Assembly (NCBI GenBank): GCA_965261545.1
Contig: CBDHDF010000011.1
Span: 32,001 to 96,000 of the forward strand
Origin: Bdellovibrionales bacterium
GTDB lineage: Bacteria > Bdellovibrionota > Bdellovibrionia > Bdellovibrionales > UBA1609
DNA length: 64,000 nucleotides
Direction: 5' to 3'
The notes beneath the pieces are model-generated. The model saw only the letters and a program-made list of their open reading frames with translations, did no database searches and was not told the origin of the DNA. Numbering within the stretch: the first letter of the stretch is position 1; each line of letters starts with the position of its first letter. The translations under genes were made by a program, and so were the position numbers. This document shows positions 19,798 through 32,958 of this stretch, piece after piece.

Positions 19798-21135
19798 TCA
19801 CTTCGTAGTCACGGTTTCTCCGTGGCACAAATGTATTTGTTCTTCAATGCGAAGAAGCTGATTGTATTTGGCTGTCCTCTCTCCGCGGCAAGGACTTCCC
19901 GTTTTGATTTGTGGACAAGCCCAAGCCACAGCAAGGTCTGAAATGGTGGCGTCTTCGGTCTCACCACTGCGATGGGACATCACCGTAGTCCACCCTGCCT
20001 TATGGGCCATTTTCACAGCCTCCCAAGCCTCTGTGAGAGTGCCCCTTTGGTTGATCTTAATCAAAATGGAATTAGCTGCTTTTTGGTCGATGCCCCTTTC
20101 TAACCGCTCTGTATGTGTCACCAATAAATCATCTCCCACAATCTGAACTCTATTTCCATGGGACTGAGTAAAAAGCTTCCACCCCTCCCAATCGTCTTCA
20201 CTAAAGCCATCTTCAATACTCACCAAAGGATATTTTTTAAGCCAACCACTGTAAATCTCTCCCAATTCATCAGAGGAAATCTGCTTTCCTCCCCAGCTAT
20301 AGGCTCCAGTTTCCCCTTGAAATAGCTCCGTGGCGGCCACATCTAGGGCCATCTGAATATCCTCACCAAGTCGATATCCCGACTTCTCCACCGCCCAAGC
20401 TAAGTAGCTCAAAGCTTCTTCACTGGAGTTTAGTGAGGGCGCAAAGCCACCCTCATCTCCCACGGCTGTAGAGTGCCCCTTTTCATCTAAAAGTTTTTTT
20501 AAGTTCTGAAAAACTTCACATCCAGCACGGAGATTTTCTCGAAAAGAATCCCCCCCCACAGGAACCAGCATAAACTCTTGCACATCCATGCCATTGTTGG
20601 CGTGAGCCCCCCCATTGAAGACATTCATTAAGGGGGTTGGAAGTTTAAAGTTTTTGACGTTGACTTCATGGGCCAAGGATTCAAACAAGAAGGGCTGGGA
20701 AAACTCCGCTGACTGAAAAGGCACCGTTGACTGAGGAGACCCTGTGGAATATTGCCACTGTTCCATGGCCACAGCTTTGGCAAAGGCCATGGAAACACCC
20801 AAGACTCCGTTGGCCCCCAACCTCAATTTATTCTTTGTTCCATCCAAGGAGATGAGGGCTTGGTCCAAATCTCTCTGGGAGGAAAACTCCCTTTTCTCCA
20901 AGCTTTTGGTAATTTCTCCACGAATATGGTTCAGAGCCTTCAAAACTCCTTTGCCTAAAAATCGCTTCATATCACCATCACGAAGCTCATGGGCCTCATG
21001 GGAGCCCGTTGAGGCTCCTGAGGGAACGGAGGCTTGCCCCCATGCCCCCGAGACAAGCCTAAGATGAACTTCCACCGTGGGGTTGCCACGGCTGTCTAAA
21101 ATTTCTCTCCCATGGATATGTTGGATGGTCGACAT
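19798..21135 (-). CDS. eno: Enolase
   Basis: REILDSRGNPTVE, VPSGASTG, GDEGGFAP, SHRSGETED, KYNQLLRIEE. Confidence 0.99.
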   Translation of the reverse strand: MSTIQHIHGREILDSRGNPTVEVHLRLVSGAWGQASVPSGASTGSHEAHELRDGDMKRFLGKGVLKALNHIRGEITKSLEKREFSSQRDLDQALISLDGTKNKLRLGANGVLGVSMAFAKAVAMEQWQYSTGSPQSTVPFQSAEFSQPFLFESLAHEVNVKNFKLPTPLMNVFNGGAHANNGMDVQEFMLVPVGGDSFRENLRAGCEVFQNLKKLLDEKGHSTAVGDEGGFAPSLNSSEEALSYLAWAVEKSGYRLGEDIQMALDVAATELFQGETGAYSWGGKQISSDELGEIYSGWLKKYPLVSIEDGFSEDDWEGWKLFTQSHGNRVQIVGDDLLVTHTERLERGIDQKAANSILIKINQRGTLTEAWEAVKMAHKAGWTTVMSHRSGETEDATISDLAVAWACPQIKTGSPCRGERTAKYNQLLRIEEQIHLCHGETVTTK

Positions 21136-21149
21136 ATTTCACCTTTCTT

Positions 21150-22274
21150 CTACTTCACGTTATCTTCTAGAGAAGAAACCCTAAGAAGTGCTTTTTCACT
21201 GGCTTTCTCCTCGCTGGTTTTTTCCTCCAAAACTGACTTCATCTCATGGGCCTGAGCACTGAGCTCACTGATATGGTCAAGGCCCGCTTGGACCACATGG
21301 GGAAATTGAGTCCTCACGGTATCCCATTGAATGCGCTTCATGGCCTCCTTCACTTGCTTATCTTTTCGATCTTGTCCCACAAGTAAAACCACAAGCTGTT
21401 GGGTTCGAGTGATATAGTCACTCAAACACATCCATGATTTGTAGATATCTCTAAGAGAAACAAAGATTTTCTCTTCCAAACCTTTTTCTTTCCAATCTTT
21501 ACCTTTTTTTTCTTTCCAGTCTTTTTCTTGCTCCTCCACTTTAGGAAGTTGAGATGTTTTTTTCCATGGAGTGGCTTCAAGCTGAGATTTCAATTCCTCG
21601 ATTTCAAATTTTTGGTCTTCGATTTCACGGTTTTTGTTCTCCAACTTCTTCTCTGTGCTTTCAAGGGTCAATAAAAGGTTTTGGACAAACTCGGGTTTAA
21701 ATTGCTTCACCTCCATTTCTTTGAGTTCTTTTTGTCGGTCTTCCCAATCCACATAAAGCTCATTTTTTTTCCACTCAATGTGTGCCATGGGCCGGTTCAT
21801 AAACTGGGGCAAGGATTCTAAGGATGCCTTGAGATATGTGCAAAATAAAGGGTATTCATCATGGGAAATGGGTAATTCAAATGAAACATGTTGGGTATTT
21901 AGAGGATCTTTCATAAGCACATTACCCACAGGTGGAGCCGGTGAAATAAAATAAGAGATAAACCTCTGGGGTTGTATAAAAATATCTTTAGGAGACATCA
22001 TCATTCTCAAAACGCTATCTAAGACTCCCCAAGATTGCAGCTTATAGCTGCAATGCCCTGTGGCTTCACACACATTGTCAATAGCAAGGGAGGGGCCGTA
22101 GACTTCTTGAACTTGTTCTAAAAACTTCTCCACTTGGTTGGCAGTCAACCAATAGCTAGGGTCCCTTAGAAAATCCAATGACAGATCAGTGATATCTTCA
22201 AGCTTATCTAGGTCTCCCCCGCTTTGGGACAAATAAGAAACAATGGAGTTTGTGACTTTTCCACTAAAATACAT
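21150..22274 (-). CDS. Hypothetical protein: possible ligand-binding N-domain plus coiled coil
   Basis: Long ORF co-oriented with eno. The N-terminus loosely resembles AraC-type ligand-binding domains; heptad region LESTEKKLENKNREIEDQKFEIEELKSQL. Confidence 0.6.
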   Translation of the reverse strand: MYFSGKVTNSIVSYLSQSGGDLDKLEDITDLSLDFLRDPSYWLTANQVEKFLEQVQEVYGPSLAIDNVCEATGHCSYKLQSWGVLDSVLRMMMSPKDIFIQPQRFISYFISPAPPVGNVLMKDPLNTQHVSFELPISHDEYPLFCTYLKASLESLPQFMNRPMAHIEWKKNELYVDWEDRQKELKEMEVKQFKPEFVQNLLLTLESTEKKLENKNREIEDQKFEIEELKSQLEATPWKKTSQLPKVEEQEKDWKEKKGKDWKEKGLEEKIFVSLRDIYKSWMCLSDYITRTQQLVVLLVGQDRKDKQVKEAMKRIQWDTVRTQFPHVVQAGLDHISELSAQAHEMKSVLEEKTSEEKASEKALLRVSSLEDNVK

Positions 22275-22413
22275 AGTTCTTTTTTTAGCTCAAGCTCAGA
22301 AGAATAGGAACCTCTATAACAACAATGGAGAATAATAAAGAAACTTTACGCGACAAGCCAAATGGCAAATGATAATGACGGCGCCCAAATTTCCATAGAG
22401 TTTCTAGGTGAAT

Positions 22414-23274
22414 CTACTTTAAAATCAAATGCTCTAATTGAAATACCTCGTCATCTGTGAGTTCAATGTTGAGGAACTTGAGATCCTCCTCCATGTGATG
22501 TTTCTGGGTAGTGCCTGTGAGAGGAATCATACCTAATCGGCGAGAAAAATTAAAAATAATTTCAGGCAAAGGTCGCATAAGTTTTTCAATAATGTGAACA
22601 ATCAGGGGGTTTTTGAATTCCTTCACATTAGCTGTGAGGAGAGAAAACCCCTGATAGACCACATCGTTTTGTTGAGCCACCAACCGCACATCTCTGTCCC
22701 ACCCCAATGAGGCAAAACAGCGATTTTGAACAAATTGGGGGTTCACCTTGGATTTTTCACAGAGCAATGCCAACTGAAGGGCACTGAAGTTAGACACACC
22801 TAGATGCCGAACAAGGCCCTCATCGTAAAGGTCTTCCATGGCTTCCCATGTTTCCCAATCCTCTGCCGAGAGTACACTCTGATTAAAGGGACCATGTAAG
22901 ATGTAAGAATCAATATAGTCTGTCTTCAAATGTTCTAGAGAACTCTCAAAGGACTGTTGAACTTGATCTGTGTAAGAGTCATACTCGTCATAGGGCTTTC
23001 TGTGATCTTGCCCACGGGCATAGGTGAATTTTGTTTGGAGAAATAAATCTTCCCTAGAAAGAGATGATCTTTCATAAAATTGAGACAGTCCCTCTCCCAC
23101 CCCCGCTTCAAAATAGTGCTTTCTTTGATTGGCAGTATCAATGGCACGAAACCCGCACTCTAGGGCTTGAGTGACAAGATGAGCGGTGGCCTCTTCTTTC
23201 CAGGCCGTACCATAAATAATGATGGGAAAATAATTGGAGAAAAAGGGATTAAGTAAGGGGTCAGGGGTCTCCAA
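22414..23274 (-). CDS. Aldo/keto reductase
   Basis: GFRAIDTA, LFLQTKF, SLEHLKTDYIDSYILH, LGVSNF. Confidence 0.92.
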   Translation of the reverse strand: METPDPLLNPFFSNYFPIIIYGTAWKEEATAHLVTQALECGFRAIDTANQRKHYFEAGVGEGLSQFYERSSLSREDLFLQTKFTYARGQDHRKPYDEYDSYTDQVQQSFESSLEHLKTDYIDSYILHGPFNQSVLSAEDWETWEAMEDLYDEGLVRHLGVSNFSALQLALLCEKSKVNPQFVQNRCFASLGWDRDVRLVAQQNDVVYQGFSLLTANVKEFKNPLIVHIIEKLMRPLPEIIFNFSRRLGMIPLTGTTQKHHMEEDLKFLNIELTDDEVFQLEHLILK

Positions 23275-23333
23275 TAGATGCTCCTTTTAGATGCTTCTTT
23301 TAAAAGATTTCTTTGAGTCTAGTTGATAACCCA

Positions 23334-25705
<2,372 letters not shown>

Positions 25706-25995
25706 ATTAAAATCCGACCATATTAAATAAAATCCGAATGATTCATGCCAGGCTTAGGAGTTAGGAGTTAGGGGTTTGGGGGCCTGGTGCCCATGTCATC
25801 CGTGCCCATAATCCACATGTATCTGTATAACTATGGTATATGTATGTACAGCATATGTCAGCAATTCCTAAAATAACCCTACATTCATAGATTTCTCCTC
25901 AAAGCAAAGCCGAAAAATCTCGCCGGGAATTTCTGAGCATATGTTATTATATTTGCCTATGTTATTGCACTTGCTGTATTGTATTTGCTGTATGT

Positions 25996-26082
25996 GCGCC
26001 AGTGCTGGAATTGGTAGACAGGCCAGCTTGAGGGGCTGGTGCTCGCAAGGGCGTGGTGGTTCAAGTCCACTCTGGCGCACCA
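25996..26082 (+). tRNA. tRNA-Leu (anticodon GAG)
   Basis: Acceptor stem GCGCCAG/CTGGCGC, anticodon arm CCAGC-TTGAGGG-GCTGG, long variable arm, GGTTCAAGTCC T-arm, encoded ACCA end. Confidence 0.97.
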
Positions 26083-26133
26083 TTTCTCAGATTCACCCGG
26101 ACTGTGACCTTCTTCAGAGCTGGAATGTGATTT

Positions 26134-27177
26134 ATGATTGAGGTTGAGAATTTATCAAAAAACTATGGCCCAAGAACAGCCATTAAAGGACTTCACTTTT
26201 CTATAAAAAAAGGTGAAATCGTTGGCTTTCTAGGCCCCAATGGAGCGGGAAAAACGACCACCATGAAAATCATCACTGGCTTTATGCCAGCCACCCAAGG
26301 AACGGTGAGGGTGGATGGTCTCGATGTCTTTGAGCAACCCCTTGCTGTCAAAAAGAAAATAGGTTATTTGCCAGAAATTCCTCCCGTTTACGGGGATATG
26401 AAAGTTGAAGAGTATTTGAAGTTTGTTGCAGCCATTAGAGGTGTCCCTCGCCCCAAACTCAAAGAAAAAGTCGCTAAGGCCATCCAGAAAGTTCAATTGG
26501 AGGAAGTCCAAAAAAGGCTGATTCAAAACCTCTCCAAGGGCTTTCGCCAGCGAGTGGGCCTAGCTCAAGCCTTAGTATCCGACCCTGAAGTGCTTATTCT
26601 GGATGAACCCACTGTGGGGCTAGACCCCAAGCAAGTCGCCCATATGAGAAAACTGATCCTTGGGCTCAAGGGACACCATACAGTGATATTATCCACTCAT
26701 ATTCTTCCGGAGGTTCAGGCCAGTTGCGAAAAGGTCATTATCATCAACAAGGGGGAAATTGTTGCCCAAGACAATATTTGGGGGCTGGCTCAGAAAATAT
26801 CACAATCTAAGGGAAGCCGCATTGTTGTGAAAGTAAAAAAAGTCCACAACGAGCTACTTCAATCCTTAAGAAATCTTCAAGGGGTCCAAGAGGCCTCTTT
26901 TCTCTCAGAGAAAAAAGATGGTTTTCTCATTTATGGGAACCATTTTCATGAGAACCATGAACTTGTAGAGACAATTGCTCAGCATGTCATACAGTCGGGG
27001 GCCGGCCTTATAGAGATTAGACCCGACAGTATCAACTTAGAAAATATATTTATTCAACTCACATCAACTCAACTCACAGCAAACCAACTCACACCAACGA
27101 CAACAAATCCTTCTAGTCACTCTAGGGACTCCCATCACTCCAGCCGCTCCAATCACTGCAAAAAGGAACTCCCATGA
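26134..27177 (+). CDS. ABC transporter ATP-binding subunit (GldA-like)
   Basis: GPNGAGKTT, LSKGFRQRVGLAQ, ILDEPT. Confidence 0.93.
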   Translation: MIEVENLSKNYGPRTAIKGLHFSIKKGEIVGFLGPNGAGKTTTMKIITGFMPATQGTVRVDGLDVFEQPLAVKKKIGYLPEIPPVYGDMKVEEYLKFVAAIRGVPRPKLKEKVAKAIQKVQLEEVQKRLIQNLSKGFRQRVGLAQALVSDPEVLILDEPTVGLDPKQVAHMRKLILGLKGHHTVILSTHILPEVQASCEKVIIINKGEIVAQDNIWGLAQKISQSKGSRIVVKVKKVHNELLQSLRNLQGVQEASFLSEKKDGFLIYGNHFHENHELVETIAQHVIQSGAGLIEIRPDSINLENIFIQLTSTQLTANQLTPTTTNPSSHSRDSHHSSRSNHCKKELP

Positions 27178-28010
27178 ACAATATCACAAACGTGCTAAGC
27201 CTGATAAGAAGCATAGTCCATGGACTCTTTAGAAATATCTTTATCATTGCATGGAGGGATATAAAAAGTATCATGACAAGTCCTACCTTTTTAATGATCG
27301 GCTTTTTCTGCACCCTTGTTTGGGCTCTTTCCTACTACAACATTCTCCACAAGTTTGACCAGATTATTTCTCAACCTCCCCAACTTGTTGCCTCCGCAGG
27401 GTATCGAAATATTCACCTCCAAGTCTTTGGGAATTACTTATCAAGCCCCGTTCACCTTATTCTCCTCCTTTCCATTCCGGCGACAACCATGAGACTTCTC
27501 GCCGAAGAAAAAAGGCAAGGCACCTACGACCTCCTCTTAACATCACCCATTTCAGCCACTCAAATTGCTTTGGGCAAGTATCTTGCCGGCCTTACCCTTG
27601 CCATGACCCTACTGATGCTCGCTTTAACTTACCCTCTTCTCACGTCTTTCTTTGTGGACTTTCCCATGGGTCCCCTTTGGACCTCTTTTTTAGGTTTTTC
27701 TCTCCTTGTTGCAAGCTATGTGGCTGTAGGGCTATTTGCCTCCTCTCTCACCTCATCAATGATGTTAAGTGTTGCCTTTGGTATTCTTTTCAATATCACC
27801 CTTCTCATTATCTCTGCGGGTGCAGAGGTCATCGACACTCCTTTTCTTGCCTCCTTTTTCAATCACATTTCCATCGGCCAGCAGTTACAGGGTTTTTTAC
27901 TAGGAAATCTTAAAACCCACTCCGTGGTTTTCTTTTTGAGTTTTATCAGCTTATTTGTTTTTCTCACTCAAAGAATCATTGAGTCTTCCAGATGGAGGCG
28001 TTCTCAGTGA
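27174..28010 (+). CDS. ABC-2 permease (GldF-like)
   Basis: TMRLLAEEKRQGTYDLLLTSP; about six transmembrane segments. Confidence 0.9.
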   Translation: MNNITNVLSLIRSIVHGLFRNIFIIAWRDIKSIMTSPTFLMIGFFCTLVWALSYYNILHKFDQIISQPPQLVASAGYRNIHLQVFGNYLSSPVHLILLLSIPATTMRLLAEEKRQGTYDLLLTSPISATQIALGKYLAGLTLAMTLLMLALTYPLLTSFFVDFPMGPLWTSFLGFSLLVASYVAVGLFASSLTSSMMLSVAFGILFNITLLIISAGAEVIDTPFLASFFNHISIGQQLQGFLLGNLKTHSVVFFLSFISLFVFLTQRIIESSRWRRSQ

Positions 28011-29605
28011 GTCGTTGGTGTAAAATTGGATGGACCATCTTTGTTATTTCTTTTTTTATACTCATAGGGACTCGCTTTGTATTGGCTGGATGGACACCGA
28101 TCCTCTTTATTCCCTTGGGTCTGGTGGTTGGAAGCTTTATGTTTTCCGCTCTCATCGACATGAAATACTACCTTGAGTTTTTCACCATGCGCTCCACCAA
28201 GCATGGCCTCAATATGGGAGCTATGATCGCCCTTTTTCTCATACTTATCACTGCAATCAATGCACTCTCTATACGGCACAGCCTCTCTTGGGACCTTACG
28301 GAGGAAAAAGTTCACAGTCTCTCCCCATCCACTTTGGACTTCCTCAAAACATTAAAAGACAAAAAAACAGAAGTGACCATCACTGTTTTTTACCTCGGTT
28401 TTGAAGCTAGAGAAGCTAAGATCACAGCAAAAGAAGTACTACAAAGATACCAGGCCCAATCCCCTCATATCAGGGTTCGCTACGTTGATGCCTATGTTCA
28501 CAAAGAAAAGGCCCACAAATACCTCAAGGGATCCAACTTTGGTAACATCACAGCTTTTGTGGAATCCAGTCATCGAGGAAATAGGGATAACAATAATAGC
28601 TCTAAGAGAATTCAAGTATTGACCCCTCTTCTTGAAGAGAAACTCACACCCGCCCTCATAAAAGTCACCCGAGGAGAAACTAAGAAAATTTATTTTTTAG
28701 TAGGGCATGGAGAGCGCTCTATTTCCAATGGAGATGCCGTTGGTATCAAGTCCTTTGCTCAAGCTCTAGAGAGAGTCTCCTACGAAGTTGAAGAACTTAA
28801 TTTATTCAATACAAAGGTAGTTCCTAGTGATGCCAGTGCTCTCGTTGTGGCAGGCCCAGAATTTCCCTATATTCTCTCAGAACTCAAATCCATAGAAAAG
28901 TTTCTCAAAGAAGGAGGGAGACTTATGATCGCCTTGGATCCCCACCAAAAGCATCAATTCTCCCGTTGGTTATTGCAATGGGGTGTGAAATTCGTAGATA
29001 ACCTAGTCATCAGCCCCTTTGTGACTCTTACGGGAAGAGGACAAACAGTCACCGCAGGAAGAATTTATGATGAAACCCACGAAGTCACTCGCCAAATGAA
29101 ATGGAACACACTCACATTTTTTGACTGGACCAGCGAACTCTCCAAAATAAATACTATGAATATGATAAATATGAATAATGTAAATGTGACAGAACTCATT
29201 AAAACGGATGGTAACGCTGTGAGTGTAGCTCTCACACCCAGCGGAGGAAAGGCCAAGGCTGGAAGCCCTCGCCAAAGAGTGATTGCCATGGCTGTAAGTG
29301 GCACCTACAGCGACAAAAACAACAAAAATCACCAAAGGGAGTTTCGCTTGCTGGTTTTTGGAGATAGTGACTTTCTATCTGAAAAGGATATTTCTCTCTA
29401 CGCCAATATGGAGCTTGCTTTGAACTCCATGGCCTATTTGGCCGGTGAGGAAGATGTCCTGGGAATTACGCCCAAGGCATGGTCAAACACTCCCACAAAA
29501 ATGACTTCCTATCAAATGCGCGGACTTTTTCTCGGCGGTTTGGCCCTTCCCATGATCCTTCTTATACTGGCTGGAATTGTTTTCCACAAGCGTCGAAATA
29601 TGTGA
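28007..29605 (+). CDS. GldG-like ABC auxiliary component
   Basis: WDLTEEKVHSLS, IYFLVGHGE, LVVAGP, LLVFGDSDF; N- and C-terminal TM segments; GTG start overlaps the previous stop. Confidence 0.85.
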   Translation: MSRWCKIGWTIFVISFFILIGTRFVLAGWTPILFIPLGLVVGSFMFSALIDMKYYLEFFTMRSTKHGLNMGAMIALFLILITAINALSIRHSLSWDLTEEKVHSLSPSTLDFLKTLKDKKTEVTITVFYLGFEAREAKITAKEVLQRYQAQSPHIRVRYVDAYVHKEKAHKYLKGSNFGNITAFVESSHRGNRDNNNSSKRIQVLTPLLEEKLTPALIKVTRGETKKIYFLVGHGERSISNGDAVGIKSFAQALERVSYEVEELNLFNTKVVPSDASALVVAGPEFPYILSELKSIEKFLKEGGRLMIALDPHQKHQFSRWLLQWGVKFVDNLVISPFVTLTGRGQTVTAGRIYDETHEVTRQMKWNTLTFFDWTSELSKINTMNMINMNNVNVTELIKTDGNAVSVALTPSGGKAKAGSPRQRVIAMAVSGTYSDKNNKNHQREFRLLVFGDSDFLSEKDISLYANMELALNSMAYLAGEEDVLGITPKAWSNTPTKMTSYQMRGLFLGGLALPMILLILAGIVFHKRRNM

Positions 29606-29630
29606 GAATGACCTAAACATCAGGTGTTTT

Positions 29631-30791
29631 ATGAAACCATGGACAAAAACATCAATTTTTGCTTTTCTTGTCGCCATCATTGCGTCTTGGTCCTATTGGG
29701 ATTTCCAAAGGGGCCAAGAACAAAATCTTTCTAAATCCATTCAGTATCGAATTTTTCCAGAGATCGAAGGCTCAAGACTTGATACTGTGATTGTTAAGAA
29801 AAGATCTTTTTCTAAGGAAAAAAAAATTATTAAAGAGGAAGTTATTAAAGAGAAAAATGCTTTTAAACAAGCTATTAAGCAAAAAGATTTTCGAAGATCA
29901 AATCAACAAATCCTTGAGCTGCAAGCACGAGATGGTCAGTGGGAAATTCTGCACCCCCCCTTAGGAAAAGGAGATGCCACTTCCATTGATACATTTTTAT
30001 TCAAACTTCTAGAGCAGGACATCTACAGAGTGAAGAAAGAAAAAAATATGCCAAAGAAGACTCCATGGGGTCAGTATGGATTTAAAGGGCCCACTCCATC
30101 TATTCTTTTTTACTTGAAAACAAAGGAGGGAAAAGAGTTTCAAATAGAAGTCTCCCAGTCCCCCTCTTTTGATGGACGTTATTATTTGAGAAAGAACAAC
30201 CAGCTCTTTATTGGCCAAAGCCTATGGAGAGAACTCATCGGAATAAACCCCAATGCCCTAAGAAGCAAGCGTCTATGGCCCCAAGAGCTTTCCATCCAGT
30301 CCGTCCGATTTACAAACCATAGTGGAAGGGCTCCCAAAGATACCATAATTCCCAAGGATCCCATAACTCCCGTAAAATCTTTCCAAATTCTTTTGCAAGA
30401 TAGCAACAACAACAATAATAATAATAAGTGGAAGTGGAAAAACCACCAGGGATTTGAAATCGACTCCCTGAAAGTAAAGTCCTTTGTTCACAATCAAATT
30501 ATGGAAGCTCAAATCATTCATTTTGTGGAAAAGAACAAAGCTCAGCTTGCCAAATACAATCTGAAAGAACCCTTTGGTCAACTGTCTATCACTCCATATT
30601 CTCACAAGCACCAATCTATGGATCAAGATGATACCATCCATTGGATGTTCACGGATCCCTTTCAAGATAAAGTATTTATGGTGTCTTCAAAAAAATCAGG
30701 GATCTACCAAGTTTCTCCCCTATTGGCTCGCCAGTGGCTCAAAACCCCCAATGACTTTAAAAAGGAGTCTAAAAATGCATATTCATATTAA
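29631..30791 (+). CDS. DUF4340-like membrane-anchored protein
   Basis: N-terminal TM segment; position after GldG; YG/YNL-x-P repeats. Confidence 0.65.
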   Translation: MKPWTKTSIFAFLVAIIASWSYWDFQRGQEQNLSKSIQYRIFPEIEGSRLDTVIVKKRSFSKEKKIIKEEVIKEKNAFKQAIKQKDFRRSNQQILELQARDGQWEILHPPLGKGDATSIDTFLFKLLEQDIYRVKKEKNMPKKTPWGQYGFKGPTPSILFYLKTKEGKEFQIEVSQSPSFDGRYYLRKNNQLFIGQSLWRELIGINPNALRSKRLWPQELSIQSVRFTNHSGRAPKDTIIPKDPITPVKSFQILLQDSNNNNNNNKWKWKNHQGFEIDSLKVKSFVHNQIMEAQIIHFVEKNKAQLAKYNLKEPFGQLSITPYSHKHQSMDQDDTIHWMFTDPFQDKVFMVSSKKSGIYQVSPLLARQWLKTPNDFKKESKNAYSY

Positions 30792-31773
30792 ATCTCCCAC
30801 TCGTGTGGATCTATCTGGTGGCACTCTCGACTGCTGGCCTCTGTACCACCTCATTGATGGCCCCTGCCACACAATCAACTTGTCTATTAATATTTCCACA
30901 GAAGTTCATCTTCAAAAAAGAACTGACTCCAAGATTTTTATCAAAATTGACAACTTTCGTTACGAGAAAGAATTTAATCACCTTGAGGAATGTCTTCAAA
31001 GCCCTGATAAAGAACTCCTCCTATTAATGCCCCATTTAGTCTATTGGAAACCTCATTTACTTCACTTTGGTTTTAAAATGGGAACATCTTCCCAAAGCCC
31101 TGTGGGAGGTGGGCTTGGAGGAAGTTCCAGCCTATGTGTCAGCCTTATAAAAGCTTTTTCCAACCTCTGCCACCAACCCATGGGTCCCTCCGAAATTGTG
31201 GATTTAGCCTCTCATATGGAGACTCGAACTCTCAAAACAGTGACAGGAACACAGGATTACTACCCTGCTCTTCAGCCGGGCCTTCACCTCATGACATACC
31301 ACTTTGGCACCCAATGGGAGATTCTCCCATTTGATAAAGAGTTTTTTCAAAGTCATATGATTCTTGTGTACACGGGACGGCCCCACCACTCGGGACTCAA
31401 CAATTGGCAAGTCATCAAAGCCGCAGTGGAAAAAGACTCAAAAACCTTAAAGCTTCTCTCTCGAATCGCTCAAATTTCCATTCATATGGAAAAAGTTTGC
31501 CGTGAAAAAGATTGGAATCAGCTTCCCTTTCTCTTTCAAGAGGAATTCCATGCACGAATCCAACTTAGCTCCTCATTTACAAGTCCTGAAATTGAAAAAC
31601 TCCAGAAAATCACCTTACAAAGTGGAGCTGAGGCCATTAAAATATGTGGTGCGGGCGGAGGAGGCTGTGTCATGGTGTGGTCATCACCAGAGCGCAGGGA
31701 CCAGGTGATCGCTGAATGCCAGAAACACTCATTTCAAGTCATAGAAGTCAAGCCCGCAGACGAACTCCATTAA
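30775..31773 (+). CDS. GHMP-family sugar kinase (HddA/fucokinase-like)
   Basis: SPTRVDLSGGTLD, PVGGGLGGSSS, GTQD, KICGAGGGG; AAGGAG precedes ATG 30775. Confidence 0.88.
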   Translation: MHIHIKSPTRVDLSGGTLDCWPLYHLIDGPCHTINLSINISTEVHLQKRTDSKIFIKIDNFRYEKEFNHLEECLQSPDKELLLLMPHLVYWKPHLLHFGFKMGTSSQSPVGGGLGGSSSLCVSLIKAFSNLCHQPMGPSEIVDLASHMETRTLKTVTGTQDYYPALQPGLHLMTYHFGTQWEILPFDKEFFQSHMILVYTGRPHHSGLNNWQVIKAAVEKDSKTLKLLSRIAQISIHMEKVCREKDWNQLPFLFQEEFHARIQLSSSFTSPEIEKLQKITLQSGAEAIKICGAGGGGCVMVWSSPERRDQVIAECQKHSFQVIEVKPADELH

Positions 31774-31824
31774 TACAATCGAAGTGTCAGGAGAGTTTGG
31801 AGACCCTTACGAATATCATTCATC

Positions 31825-32958
31825 TTATTCAAAAAGGCTGGGGTCGTATTCTTCAACAGGTATCTCAAACCCTTCCTTAGACTCTTTTTGACGCTCTTCT
31901 GTATGCAATTCATTGATTTCTTGAATCAGTTCTTTTTCACCTTCTCCACGATATTTTTTATGAACTTCTTGGCTTCCACTGAGGTGACCTCTGGGACTCC
32001 ACTGAAACCCCACCATGAGAGTGGGGCCTGCACCATAATTTTGCCCATTCAAGGTGGAACTCAAACCTAAGCTCACTGATATCTCGGGTGAAATATAATA
32101 TCCCACCTCCCCTGTGAATTCTAAGACTTGAGGGTTTATGGAGTTGTACTTGAAGCTCCCCCCATTGACTCTACGAAGCAGCCCCTCTCTCCTTGTAGAA
32201 TTTTGGATGTAGATATCATCTTCAGCGATATTAAATCCTCCGAACTCAAAACGATAGCTCCATGGGGGACTTTGTTTTGAAACTCCAAGTGACCAAGGAA
32301 GGAGAGAGGCCCTCCCATCATCACGGTAGGCATAGGCCAAATATAAGTAAAGAGTATGTGAAAGAAACTCTTTGGAAAACCATCCTCCCACTTGAATAAC
32401 CATGGCCCCCTCTCCAGTGAGAACTTCGTCGGAGTCATCATCAACAGCATTCAATGGAAAAATAATAAAGCTTTCAGTGATAAAAGAAAAGGCTTGTCTT
32501 ACCAGTTGGATTTGTCCCCCACCCATAATTTCCGTCAAGCCAAGGTGACTTCGGTCGGCTTCTTGGGTTGTGCTTTGTGCGTAAGCTCCTCCCGCCGAAC
32601 CGATAATGTTCATTCTATGGGAGAGTCCATATCGACTTTCAATATTTGTAAGAAAATGGGTATAATTTCTTCCTTTTCCAATCTTTTCATAGCCTCCACC
32701 TTGGCGGCTGTAATTGGAATCTGTGGTGTAAAAGTGAAAGTCAGTTTTAAGAGAAAAGTCTTGAGCCGAGAGTCTAGGGGGAACCCCTCTCCCCACAGCA
32801 TGAACAATATGAAGGGGGCAAAGAATCATGGCCATGGTGCCACTGAGAAGAAAAGGTAAAGAAGTCATGGCGTTCAAAATAAAAATCAAGAATTCACAAC
32901 ATTTTTTTTTATGAATTTTATGAGCTTTATGAGTTTTATAAGATTTATGAGTTTTCAT
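31825..32958 (-). CDS. Putative outer-membrane beta-barrel protein
   Basis: Signal-peptide-like segment and alternating aromatic/Gly beta strands. Start uncertain (ATG 32958 has GAGG upstream). Confidence 0.55.
   Translation of the reverse strand: MKTHKSYKTHKAHKIHKKKCCEFLIFILNAMTSLPFLLSGTMAMILCPLHIVHAVGRGVPPRLSAQDFSLKTDFHFYTTDSNYSRQGGGYEKIGKGRNYTHFLTNIESRYGLSHRMNIIGSAGGAYAQSTTQEADRSHLGLTEIMGGGQIQLVRQAFSFITESFIIFPLNAVDDDSDEVLTGEGAMVIQVGGWFSKEFLSHTLYLYLAYAYRDDGRASLLPWSLGVSKQSPPWSYRFEFGGFNIAEDDIYIQNSTRREGLLRRVNGGSFKYNSINPQVLEFTGEVGYYISPEISVSLGLSSTLNGQNYGAGPTLMVGFQWSPRGHLSGSQEVHKKYRGEGEKELIQEINELHTEERQKESKEGFEIPVEEYDPSLFE

Noticed and set aside
25868..26141. ORFs overlapping the tRNA
   Set aside because: Shadow ORFs of tRNA-Leu.
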